A stretch of 64,000 nucleotides of DNA, from positions 32,001 through 96,000 of the IMG/VR virus record IMGVR_UViG_3300035070_003385; one strand, 5' to 3'. The stretch comes from a virus. The position numbers and the translations under genes were made by a program. Of this stretch, positions 16,633-25,563 are shown piece after piece (within the stretch, counting starts at the first letter, position 1; each line of letters begins with the position of its first letter). The notes under the pieces were generated by a model. That model did no database searches, was not told the origin of the DNA, and saw only the letters and a list, made by a program, of their open reading frames with translations.

Positions 16633-17843
16633 GCAAAGAATTCCTCCAATGTTGCCATATCAGTTTTCCCGAGCGGATCGTTTTCCATTCTTTCATAATG
16701 ATTATTTTGGCGTAAATAATTTGTATCAGATAGTTTTAATTCTCCACGAATAAACTTACCAATTTCAGTGTGTATATCTCGAGACGTAGGTACTGGCACG
16801 TTCTGGGCAATGTGGTTCATTTTTGCGAGGCCACCAACGAGTTCAAAGTCGTCAGGAAATCCCATCATGTGCAGTGCCTCACGTATAGTTAAAGAACGAT
16901 CGTGGATAGGATGAATAGTATCGGCAAGGTTTCTACCGATTACCGCATTCATACACTCGTTGAAAACATGAGTAGAGCTGTCCCATACTCCTTTACCAGC
17001 CGCAAACTTTTTAATTGCATGATCTGATACCTTAATTCCGCGTTCGTGGCCAATGTCTTTAAACCACTCGTTTGCTTCTTCGAGTAATCCTTGGCGTTGG
17101 ATATACGTAAAGGCAGTAATGTTTTGATTGCGAATTAAAATATCCCTTGGATTTTCGTTTGTTTTGGATTTAAGAAACTGGAAGTATGGTTCATCATCGA
17201 GCTTTTGGTTAATAATTAAATCCTGCTGTAGAGTCTTTTCATCAACCTCAGTTATATAGTCCCTAAAGTTTTTACGATCTCGTTTGTACCAGGACATGAT
17301 TGGAGCTTTTTCTGATTTCCAGCCGATCGCAAAGGTACGATCGCGAGCCTGAGGAATACCGTGATACTTAGTAGAAGTTTTATATAGAGTTAAACTATAA
17401 CCTCTTTTGTTGCAAATGTCAAACAAATTGTTCGCAACTTCACGACCTTTATTTGTATATAGCGCTGGAGCATTCTCAACTACAACTGCCTTTGCTCCGA
17501 ATAAATCAAAACCGTCCTCAAATACTTTGTACATCCATTCGTTTTTTGCACAACCTGCGCCTTTTGCTTCCTCGGTCTTACCAGTATTTAATTGCGATAG
17601 CGCAGCACAAGGTGGAGTACCCGATACAACGTCAACCTTATGAATAGGTGGACCTTCGTCTAGGAGTCGATATTCCAATCCACGACCTTTTACATTATTC
17701 TGATAGTTGACATAGTGACTATCATTTGCCTGAAATCCATCGTAGGAATAGATTGCCTCTGGCGGTTTACCAAAAGCCTTTTCCGCTCCTAGCATTTGGC
17801 CACCGATAAGTGGTATATGTGATGCCCATGTAATATTGCTCAT
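16629..17843 (-). CDS. C5-cytosine DNA methyltransferase-like protein with atypical motif I
   Basis: Motif IV GTPPCAALS, VI VVENAP, VIII PQARDRTF, IX-X R.LTIREALHMMGFPDDF; motif I reads IPLIGG. Confidence 0.8.
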   Translation of the reverse strand: MSNITWASHIPLIGGQMLGAEKAFGKPPEAIYSYDGFQANDSHYVNYQNNVKGRGLEYRLLDEGPPIHKVDVVSGTPPCAALSQLNTGKTEEAKGAGCAKNEWMYKVFEDGFDLFGAKAVVVENAPALYTNKGREVANNLFDICNKRGYSLTLYKTSTKYHGIPQARDRTFAIGWKSEKAPIMSWYKRDRKNFRDYITEVDEKTLQQDLIINQKLDDEPYFQFLKSKTNENPRDILIRNQNITAFTYIQRQGLLEEANEWFKDIGHERGIKVSDHAIKKFAAGKGVWDSSTHVFNECMNAVIGRNLADTIHPIHDRSLTIREALHMMGFPDDFELVGGLAKMNHIAQNVPVPTSRDIHTEIGKFIRGELKLSDTNYLRQNNHYERMENDPLGKTDMATLEEFFA

Positions 17844-17855
17844 TATTCTTATTCC

Positions 17856-19100
17856 TTATGCAAAAAAGTCTTCAAGTGTAGCTACAGTTTTCTTTTTATA
17901 CTTGCTAGTATCCGGGCGGGTATAACTTGGATCCACTGAGGACATAATCTTGTTGTTTATAAATGTACCGTCGTAATATTCTGGTTTAAGAATTGCTTTA
18001 CGCAAATTGGTAAGTACTTGTTCATACCGCTCTTTATTTTCAATAAGAGTCTGCATGCGTTCGTAAAACTCGGATGGAGTCTGTGGACGAAGAAACATCG
18101 GAATGGGCAGATGCCCTTGAGTATCATATGAAGGATGTAAAAAAGGAATTACACCTGCATGTATCATTTCAATATACTTAGATGTAGTCCAACCTTCTTT
18201 AATCGGAATGATGAAGGTAAACTTTACATCTTGTAACTTATTCTGCAGTTCACTAAGATGAAGGGATCCTTTGAAACGGCTGTCATCTCCAATTACATCT
18301 GACCATTTACCATATACTTCTACTTCATTAAACTTATTCAGGACCCATTCCTTGAGTAAGTTATAACGAGATGGTTTACCTTCGTTGAGAACGACCATAA
18401 AGTTTGTATTGCGATCTGTGTTTACTTGTTCACTATATTCATAATCACCACAGAACGCGGTTTCCATACCAGCATATTCTGATTTCACGATACGAGTAAT
18501 ACGTTCCTGGTCTTCGTAGTTACGAATAGCAAACGTCTCATATTCATAATCATACTGACCGAGAGATTTCATCGGCATATGGAATAAATCACGCGGTTGT
18601 TTTATCGTATAGCGAGGATCATTTACGATTTCAACGTAAGGTGGCTTTTCTTCATTCAGCCACGCGATAATTGGAGTCGTGTACCACTTGGACATATCAA
18701 GAGTTGCGGCAGGTTTTCCGTCGTTCCCTTCTCTTACCTTTTGAATACGATTTGGAATAGTTACGTTACTCATTTGACCAATCATCATAATTGTAAAGTC
18801 GAGTGTAATATTTTTTTCCTTAAAGTAGGTAATGATATGATTAAAATAAGCTTCTGACATAGACAATGGAATCCCTTGCCATATATCAATCACGTTATCA
18901 TATGTAAATAATTTGGTTTTTTCGGCATCAGATAGAGTAGCATAATCAGAACGACCTATGATATAAAAATTTTTATCCGGATTGTTATTTGCTACAGCGC
19001 GTAGAGTACACGATGCTTCGTTGTCTCCACCGATTGGAGAATACTTGTTTGTTCTAAATTTAATAGATTTGCCTACTTTTGCAAAGCCAATGTTTTTCAT
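17856..19100 (-). CDS. Putative GT-B glycosyltransferase (DNA sugar transferase candidate)
   Basis: C-terminal VEVYGKW...FTFIIP...TSKYIEMIHAGVIPF pattern typical of GT-B; sits in an operon with sugar-nucleotide genes. Confidence 0.6.
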   Translation of the reverse strand: MKNIGFAKVGKSIKFRTNKYSPIGGDNEASCTLRAVANNNPDKNFYIIGRSDYATLSDAEKTKLFTYDNVIDIWQGIPLSMSEAYFNHIITYFKEKNITLDFTIMMIGQMSNVTIPNRIQKVREGNDGKPAATLDMSKWYTTPIIAWLNEEKPPYVEIVNDPRYTIKQPRDLFHMPMKSLGQYDYEYETFAIRNYEDQERITRIVKSEYAGMETAFCGDYEYSEQVNTDRNTNFMVVLNEGKPSRYNLLKEWVLNKFNEVEVYGKWSDVIGDDSRFKGSLHLSELQNKLQDVKFTFIIPIKEGWTTSKYIEMIHAGVIPFLHPSYDTQGHLPIPMFLRPQTPSEFYERMQTLIENKERYEQVLTNLRKAILKPEYYDGTFINNKIMSSVDPSYTRPDTSKYKKKTVATLEDFFA

Positions 19101-19101
19101 T

Positions 19102-19464
19102 TTAATCCCATTCTATAAATTTGACAAAGTCTTGCGGTAGCATTGCTTTGTCATCAACATAATAAATGCCGTATGGTTTACCCCATACTATTTCGTCGTA
19201 TGGTACCTCGTGCTTTTCCAACCAATCAGTTGTAATTTTTCCGACATCATCGATGATTTTATTTATATCGCCGTCATGAGTTACCATCCTACGAGCAGTA
19301 TGAATAACTATCCTATAGCCTTTTTCTTTTGCCTTTTTTAAACTATTAATCATTTCTTTTTTGGGACTTGCCATTCCATACTTTTTATGGCTATCTTTTC
19401 TTCCGTGAATTGGAATGCAGATAGTATCGTCAAGATCCATTACTATTGTTTGTTGCGTATTCAT
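19102..19464 (-). CDS. HAD-family phosphatase (EcbF/capsule-biosynthesis phosphatase-like)
   Basis: IVMDLDDTIC, IHTARRM, VPYDEIVWGKP, YYVDDKA. Confidence 0.85.
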   Translation of the reverse strand: MNTQQTIVMDLDDTICIPIHGRKDSHKKYGMASPKKEMINSLKKAKEKGYRIVIHTARRMVTHDGDINKIIDDVGKITTDWLEKHEVPYDEIVWGKPYGIYYVDDKAMLPQDFVKFIEWD

Positions 19465-20920
19465 TCACATAATCTCTCATTCGTTTTTGCCTATCAGTAC
19501 AGTCATAATGCAGTTTAATACAAGTAGCAATAAGCAACGCACCGCCGTCAATAATTTCATTATACTCTGCTTTATAGTATTTGTCAACTAGTTTTTCAAA
19601 ACTTTTTGCAACATACTCTGGATATTTATGCCCGGTCACTAGTTCATTATAACCGTGGTAAAGATCGTGTGATAGTTTGCACATATCGTATAAGTGATCT
19701 CCACCACATCCTATATGATCACCATAAGAGCCTCGAGGGTCTAACAATGTAATACTGTCGTTGTATGGATTATATAATATGTTTGCGAAATGCAAGTCTC
19801 CATGCATAGCTGCAACTGGTTTTGCTTTTTCGAGACAACGTTTTGCCAAATCATTATAATAATCTTCAGAACATTCTAAACGTTCTGCTGTTTTATCAAC
19901 CCACATTTTTTTAGCATTATTTTGAAAGTCAACTGCAAACTTAAGTGTTGGTTGTTTATGAAAATGATTTTGCATTGCAATAATTACTTTTTCAATCAAA
20001 TAATCTATGGTGCTGTTTGATATATCTTCGTGTGCAAATAAATCAGACAATAAAACACCTGACTCATATGACATTGATAAAGCATAATCATCTTTAAGCA
20101 TCTTAGGAATAAACATACTTTGAACTGAATCGAGCGATTCGTACCAATTCTTTTCGTTCATTATGGTTCGTACCGCAAAGGTATTATTGTGAGATGGGAT
20201 TTTTGTAATAACGTTAATATCTGATTTGTATTCAAAAGAATTAAATTCACGTGCTTTGAATGTAAGGAACTCAGCGCAAGTTTTATGATATGACGCAATG
20301 TCTCCAATATCATACCAACGCTCAGTGCTTATATTATTAAACTTGACATTATATCCATACAATTCAAGCGCGTCGGATATATCATACTCTTTTGTATTAA
20401 TAAATGACTGCGCAGCTTTAAACCCATCAGCAAAACTATATAAACCTACGAGTGCTACCGCATCTCTAACAGTTTCTTTAGGTTTATTATAATACTGATT
20501 TCCATCCCACATACACCATGCAGAGTGATCTTCAACTTTTTTAGTTAAAAGAAAGTCTTCACCCAATGGCATGTTTTCTTCAAGGATAATAGCATCGCCT
20601 AACCAAACTACAAGAGGATTTGCAAAATCTAACAAAGATTGACATCCAACCGCTATAGCATCACGGGGACCGTTTAACGATCCCTGCTTTACACATTCAA
20701 TATTATTATATTTGCTTTTAGATGCCCATTCACGTATATCATTATGCTTGCCATCAACAATAATAATTTTACCTACATCAGGGGTGTTTTTATAAATGGA
20801 CTCAATGATATATTCAATTGTAGGCTTTCCGTGAACTCTGACCATAGCCTTTGAGCAATTTGATGTTAAAGGCCGAAGTCGAGTTGCTTCACCTGCTGCT
20901 GGTATTACTACATTGATCAT
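19430..20920 (-). CDS. Sugar nucleotidyltransferase fused to an APH/choline-kinase-like domain
   Basis: VVIPAAGEATRLRPLT...KAMVRVHGKP and WYDIGD; C-terminal HGDLHFANIL...LLDPRG; start placed at 20920 after GGAGAG. Confidence 0.85.
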   Translation of the reverse strand: MINVVIPAAGEATRLRPLTSNCSKAMVRVHGKPTIEYIIESIYKNTPDVGKIIIVDGKHNDIREWASKSKYNNIECVKQGSLNGPRDAIAVGCQSLLDFANPLVVWLGDAIILEENMPLGEDFLLTKKVEDHSAWCMWDGNQYYNKPKETVRDAVALVGLYSFADGFKAAQSFINTKEYDISDALELYGYNVKFNNISTERWYDIGDIASYHKTCAEFLTFKAREFNSFEYKSDINVITKIPSHNNTFAVRTIMNEKNWYESLDSVQSMFIPKMLKDDYALSMSYESGVLLSDLFAHEDISNSTIDYLIEKVIIAMQNHFHKQPTLKFAVDFQNNAKKMWVDKTAERLECSEDYYNDLAKRCLEKAKPVAAMHGDLHFANILYNPYNDSITLLDPRGSYGDHIGCGGDHLYDMCKLSHDLYHGYNELVTGHKYPEYVAKSFEKLVDKYYKAEYNEIIDGGALLIATCIKLHYDCTDRQKRMRDYVNEYATNNSNGS

Positions 20921-21557
20921 ACTGTTCTCTCCATGCATCGTATTCATCTTCAAGATTAACCCACTGCATTTTTGTATATTGCGTTTTCGTAGAAAATCGT
21001 CTATCCCATATTATCCACATATAGGCAATCATCCCTCCTATTTGATCCTTCTTTTCAATAGGTTCAACAAGGCCAGAATTAAATTTAGCGCGATCTGATA
21101 AAAATATTATATCACTTGGTGGGTTATTTGTAAATAGTTTTTTTCTCTTTTTTCCTTCAAGAAACGTTAAGCGAAGAAACATTGCAGTATAACTGTATTC
21201 ATCAATCCACTTTTCAGCCAACTTACGAGGCAGGTCCTTATGATACGGTGGATTAGTTACTACACCTTCGGCAAAGTCTTGCTTTGGAGTCTCAAGAGCG
21301 TCGTGTGATGTATTTATGCTACATAGAGAGTCTTCGTATTCGTGTAGGTCATGACTTAAAACATTATGACCATTTCGAGCAAGTTCAACAGAAATGTTAC
21401 CCTTTCCTGCGCAGGGTTCAAAAATGTTTTGCGGTGGTCTATTATATTTGCATAACACGTGGGTAGCGAGCGGAGGAGTTGGGTAGAAATCGTTTTTCTT
21501 ACGATTTGGGTCGTTCTTTTTTACGCCAACGTATATATCGCTAAGACTACTTGCCAT
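20889..21557 (-). CDS. DNA N6-adenine/N4-cytosine methyltransferase
   Basis: DFYPTP, EPCAGKG (motif I), VTNPPY (motif IV), FLRLTFLEG. Confidence 0.85.
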   Translation of the reverse strand: MASSLSDIYVGVKKNDPNRKKNDFYPTPPLATHVLCKYNRPPQNIFEPCAGKGNISVELARNGHNVLSHDLHEYEDSLCSINTSHDALETPKQDFAEGVVTNPPYHKDLPRKLAEKWIDEYSYTAMFLRLTFLEGKKRKKLFTNNPPSDIIFLSDRAKFNSGLVEPIEKKDQIGGMIAYMWIIWDRRFSTKTQYTKMQWVNLEDEYDAWREQYDQCSNTSSR

Positions 21558-21560
21558 TAA

Positions 21561-22070
21561 TTAAACCTCCAAAACAGTAACTTGCACGCCGCTTTCTTTA
21601 AACATTGGCAAACTTTGTTGTTCCCATACTTCTTGCCAATTACCTTTATCAGTTTTATCTGTTGGTATTACTACACGTTTGACACCAGCTTGAATGACGC
21701 ACTTAGAACATGAAGGGCAAACTGGCAATCCATAAACGTACAAAGTTGCATCTTTAAGACTTACACCTGAATACAAAGCATTCATAAGAGCATTCATTTC
21801 AGCATGAACAATACGTGGATATTTTTCATCTTTATTATTCAGACGTTCTTCAGTATCAGCAATACCTTTTGGAAAACCATTATAACCAGTAGCAAGAATA
21901 CGGCGTTCATCATTTACAGCCACTGCGCCAATTTTACTTGAAGGATCTTTGCTCCAAGTAGAAATCATTTTAGCCATATCCATAAAACGGTTATCCCATT
22001 TTAGTTCTTTTTCGTCTTGTTCTTTATGCATTCTTCGTATACTTTCCTCATAAAATTCATATTCAGCCAT
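21561..22070 (-). CDS. cd: dCMP deaminase
   Basis: TGYNGFPKG, HAEMNAL, CPSCSKCVIQAG. Confidence 0.93.
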   Translation of the reverse strand: MAEYEFYEESIRRMHKEQDEKELKWDNRFMDMAKMISTWSKDPSSKIGAVAVNDERRILATGYNGFPKGIADTEERLNNKDEKYPRIVHAEMNALMNALYSGVSLKDATLYVYGLPVCPSCSKCVIQAGVKRVVIPTDKTDKGNWQEVWEQQSLPMFKESGVQVTVLEV

Positions 22071-22282
22071 TAGGTGTTCTCCTTAATCCAAACGCATTCA
22101 CTAACTTTTTTATGCCACAAAGTATTCGGATTCATCAAAGACCCGGAATCCTTCCGCACCATCTAGTACTCATTACTTCTCTCCTATGTAGCTATTTTCT
22201 ATTAGTTCGACAACGCCGGGCGCCACCATAAACAAAAACAAAGACAGTGAAAAAAAGAACATCGCCGCAATTAAATTACCGT

Positions 22283-22483
22283 TCATTTTGTCTCTCCTTT
22301 AATGGACGCATCTGTCACTTTCATCTCGTCCATAAATTCATACATTTCTGCGTTGGTGGGGCAATTTTGATAGTAGCTCCGAACGTTATATCGTGCCAGT
22401 TCACATATACTGTCCAAGTCTAGAGATTCAACATACCGTTGTACTGCTAGATCCAGTTTAGCTTGTGTTTTACTGTCCATCAT
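22283..22483 (-). CDS. Hypothetical protein
   Basis: ORF track; part of a coupled small-gene array. Confidence 0.55.
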   Translation of the reverse strand: MMDSKTQAKLDLAVQRYVESLDLDSICELARYNVRSYYQNCPTNAEMYEFMDEMKVTDASIKGETK

Positions 22484-22724
22484 GAGTGTATCCTTTGCAT
22501 TTTTGACGAGTCTTCAGTTGAGGATTACCATCTTTATTGATCACCATATGGTATTCGATATCATCTTCAAAACGAGTTACAATACGCTCTAAGCTCTGAC
22601 GTTGAAAAATTGCTTCGCACAGGGGAAGCAATTTTTGCTGTATATTATAAACCTTTTCCAATTCATTTAGCGTGTCAATTTCTTCACGCATAGCGTCTAA
22701 CAGTTTCGCTAGATCATCACTCAT
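22470..22724 (-). CDS. Hypothetical protein
   Basis: AGGA SD; starts MSDDL like its neighbour. Confidence 0.65.
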   Translation of the reverse strand: MSDDLAKLLDAMREEIDTLNELEKVYNIQQKLLPLCEAIFQRQSLERIVTRFEDDIEYHMVINKDGNPQLKTRQKCKGYTHDGQ

Positions 22725-23053
22725 TACTCTTTTCCTTTAAGTTCTGCGAGGGCAGCGCGGGCAATCATGTTGCCATCGCTGTTGCCGTAAAGGTCGCCGT
22801 TACCCAGCCGTGCCAGCTTCTCTAAAGACTCCACCGCCTGCGCCAGCTTGGTCTCAAGTTCTTCGATTCGGTAAAACTTTAAAGCCGTCACCGCCTTTTC
22901 CAGCTTGGCTTCAAGTTCTTCAATCCGCTCCGCTGCTGTGTCTAGAAGGTTCTCGCTGTCGTATAATACGGGCCAGGACATTTCGTAAAAAACATTTGAT
23001 TTATTTCTCAACCGCTTCACTATATTTGAGTTATTTCTTAGATCATCACTCAT
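22724..23053 (-). CDS. Hypothetical protein with an internal RIEELE.KL duplication
   Basis: TAATG coupling; two RIEELE(A/T)KL repeats. Confidence 0.65.
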   Translation of the reverse strand: MSDDLRNNSNIVKRLRNKSNVFYEMSWPVLYDSENLLDTAAERIEELEAKLEKAVTALKFYRIEELETKLAQAVESLEKLARLGNGDLYGNSDGNMIARAALAELKGKE

Positions 23054-23469
23054 TACTTATCTCCTTTGAGTTCTGCGACCCTGTTGCGTCGTTCCTGCCA
23101 CCAGTTATCGTAGCTTTCTGATCGCCAGAAATACCCGCATTCATCAAGAGCCATTTCTAACGCCTCTTCCAGCTTGGCCTCAAGTTCTTTGATCCTGTCT
23201 GCCGCTTCATAACACAAAGCATCTGTTTTGAATTCGCTTATGACTCCAGATACACCTGCTGCGGGTGAGGCTACAAAGACCGTACCATCACGCAGCCGTT
23301 TTACTAATTCGTTCTTTGGCTCGTGCGTCCAACTATACCTTCCGTCAACGTGTGTGCAATCGTTACACAGAGGCTGGCCGCAAGTAAAGCCAGCTATATC
23401 CACATCACACCTCCCATTAGTCACACATCCGCATCCACTGCATTTCTTTAGACCGTCACCCATTATCAA
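23053..23469 (-). CDS. Hypothetical Cys-rich protein
   Basis: CSGCGC..C...C..LCNDC, plus AADRIKELEAKL. Confidence 0.6.
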   Translation of the reverse strand: MIMGDGLKKCSGCGCVTNGRCDVDIAGFTCGQPLCNDCTHVDGRYSWTHEPKNELVKRLRDGTVFVASPAAGVSGVISEFKTDALCYEAADRIKELEAKLEEALEMALDECGYFWRSESYDNWWQERRNRVAELKGDK

Positions 23470-23708
23470 TACCTTCTTTGTCTGTGAAGTTTATCTCTTA
23501 CTCTATTAGTATACACGTTATTGTTATTCTTGTCAACCAGCTCCAATAACAAATCAAGGTCATCGTCATCTAGTTTGTCATCCCATCCCATAACCTCTTT
23601 GAGAGATTTTTTCTGTACATAATATCCACGAGCTTTAAGTTCGCGTACAATCTCTTCGTCACCGAACTCGTCCAAATCTACGTCTACTTCAACTGTTACA
23701 TATGTCAT
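23466..23708 (-). CDS. Hypothetical protein
   Basis: 80 aa coupled ORF. Confidence 0.6.
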   Translation of the reverse strand: MTYVTVEVDVDLDEFGDEEIVRELKARGYYVQKKSLKEVMGWDDKLDDDDLDLLLELVDKNNNNVYTNRVRDKLHRQRRY

Positions 23709-24218
23709 TTATGTATCCTTATACTCTAAGCTAGTCCAGTACTTCCCTGCGATCTGACCATGAACATTACCAAAGACATTACCTAAGACACTACCTTTGA
23801 CAGTACCTCCGACACTGCCTCCGATGCTGCCTACAACATCGCCTTTGACATTGTAATAGACGTGACCTCCGACATCTCCACAGACATTGCCTACAACATC
23901 GCCTTTGACATTGTTATGGACATCACCTCCGACACTGCCTCCGACATAACCTCCGATATCACCATAGACATCACCCAAGACATTACCTTCGACATTGCCT
24001 TCGACATTACCTTCGACATTACCATAGACATTACCATAGACATTACCCAAGACATTACCTTCAACATAGCCTTTGACATTGCCTTTCACAGTACCTACAA
24101 CATCGCCTTCGACATTACCTAAGACATTCTTAATAAACAAAACTCCGTCTTCGTTCTCATTGAATGTAATAAGCTTTGCGAGTTGATCTAGTTGGCTTTG
24201 AGTTAAATTAGTTTTCAT
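23709..24218 (-). CDS. Beta-solenoid protein with (G-N/D-V-x)n tetrapeptide repeats
   Basis: Many consecutive GNV/GDV/GSV/GTV repeats; 12-nt periodic DNA. Confidence 0.75.
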   Translation of the reverse strand: MKTNLTQSQLDQLAKLITFNENEDGVLFIKNVLGNVEGDVVGTVKGNVKGYVEGNVLGNVYGNVYGNVEGNVEGNVEGNVLGDVYGDIGGYVGGSVGGDVHNNVKGDVVGNVCGDVGGHVYYNVKGDVVGSIGGSVGGTVKGSVLGNVFGNVHGQIAGKYWTSLEYKDT

Positions 24219-24385
24219 GTGCAACTACCTTCTATTAAGGTTTTACCTGCGTTGATACAAGCCATTTTTAATTCGTGTTCCAATCGCCGTTCTAGGTTCA
24301 TGTCCATGTATCGGCCAAGGCCGGGCAACACTAAAGCCGAAGCAAAAATAGCGATAAATGCCAGGGTGATTAAATCATTTTTCAT
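24215..24385 (-). CDS. Small membrane protein
   Basis: N-terminal hydrophobic helix; GGAG SD. Confidence 0.55.
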   Translation of the reverse strand: MKNDLITLAFIAIFASALVLPGLGRYMDMNLERRLEHELKMACINAGKTLIEGSCT

Positions 24386-24432
24386 TTTGTTTCTCCACAC
24401 ATCACAGATTCTTCCTTTGATGTAACTAATAT

Positions 24433-24461
24433 ATTATAACACCAGTTGTTGAGTTTGTCAA
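24433..24461 (-). promoter_or_regulatory. sigma70-like early promoter
   Basis: TTGACA-17-TATAAT. Confidence 0.75.
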
Positions 24462-24464
24462 CCC

Positions 24465-25109
24465 CTAATCCCACAAATTTTCGTAATATTTACCAAATAG
24501 TTTCAGTCCATTTGATATACGTTTCTGGTGTGCTTTTCTTCCCTTAGGATCTTCCCATACTAATTTGTAACCACCCAGAAATCCATCACCGGCGCCCTCT
24601 TCAAACTTATAATAATCAGATTCCCAATCATCAAGACACTTTTGCTCAAAGGCCCATATCATTTCATCAAGTACATAGTCCCAACGTTTAAAATAGTTAT
24701 TATCAGGCAACCATCCATTCTCTTTGGGCGGAGCTGATGTGGATTTCAATTCCTTTGGTACATCCTTATCATCAACAGATGGTGCACCATGTTTAGTTTC
24801 TTTTAATTGTTTTAACATAGGCAGAATAATCAAAGAAAGAGTGTCATCCACTGACCACGTATCATAGCTATCAATACGGATTTTTACTCTACGTTGCTTA
24901 CGATCTAAATATAGATTAATGGTATGGTTATAGATCCATTGCAGAGTATCTTCTAGATTGCGAAGAAATGCTTCTTTAAATGGTTCAACCTTATTGTTTA
25001 AACCTTTTTGTCCGTACTCAGGCCAATAATGACCATAATGCTTAATCATATAATTGGTATATACGCTGCTTGTCCAACGATATACGTATGGTCCAATATT
25101 AACTTTCAT
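24465..25109 (-). CDS. Hypothetical phage protein
   Basis: MKVNIGPY...IRIDSYDTWSVDDTLSLIILPML; start placed at 25109. Confidence 0.7.
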   Translation of the reverse strand: MKVNIGPYVYRWTSSVYTNYMIKHYGHYWPEYGQKGLNNKVEPFKEAFLRNLEDTLQWIYNHTINLYLDRKQRRVKIRIDSYDTWSVDDTLSLIILPMLKQLKETKHGAPSVDDKDVPKELKSTSAPPKENGWLPDNNYFKRWDYVLDEMIWAFEQKCLDDWESDYYKFEEGAGDGFLGGYKLVWEDPKGRKAHQKRISNGLKLFGKYYENLWD

Positions 25110-25300
25110 CCCCAGTCCTCCAATGTGCTTTTCAGTCCTTTTAAAACATGTTCCAACTTTTCCGCATCTAATGTACGACAAGATGTGATCTGATTTGGAC
25201 GGAACGTTCTGCCTTCATCAGTTTCTTCTGTGCGGTCAAGCAATACAAATAGTTCTTTTACCAGAACATCATACTGTTGTGCTTTACTTGTTAGGCTCAT
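25106..25300 (-). CDS. Hypothetical protein
   Basis: LLDRTEETDEGRTFRPNQITSCR; start placed at 25300. Confidence 0.6.
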   Translation of the reverse strand: MSLTSKAQQYDVLVKELFVLLDRTEETDEGRTFRPNQITSCRTLDAEKLEHVLKGLKSTLEDWG

Positions 25301-25314
25301 GTTTCTTTCCTTAC

Positions 25315-25563
25315 TTAGAAAGTTGCTTTGAATTGTATTGGGCAGTCTTGTGAAGGGCAAACATATCCCATTGGGCCATTCCATTTCATGCCGCATTTAC
25401 GACAAGTGGTTAGCGCAAAGTAGGTTGGATCATGATCGGAGGGTGGCGGTTTATACGGTGATGGCTGAATAGGAACATCTTTTCTCAACAAATATTTAAT
25501 GATCCACTCAAGGTCACGTTCAATCTTATCTAATCTTCGGATATATTCGTCTTTATCGCTCAT
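25315..25563 (-). CDS. Hypothetical protein with CxxC...C-C motif
   Basis: CRKCG...YVCPSQDCP. Confidence 0.6.
   Translation of the reverse strand: MSDKDEYIRRLDKIERDLEWIIKYLLRKDVPIQPSPYKPPPSDHDPTYFALTTCRKCGMKWNGPMGYVCPSQDCPIQFKATF

Noticed and set aside
23760-24130. Regular GACATTACC/CCTTCGACA repeats resembling an array
   Set aside because: 12-nt periodicity is explained by the GNV/GDV coding repeats; there are no unique spacers or cas genes, so it is not CRISPR
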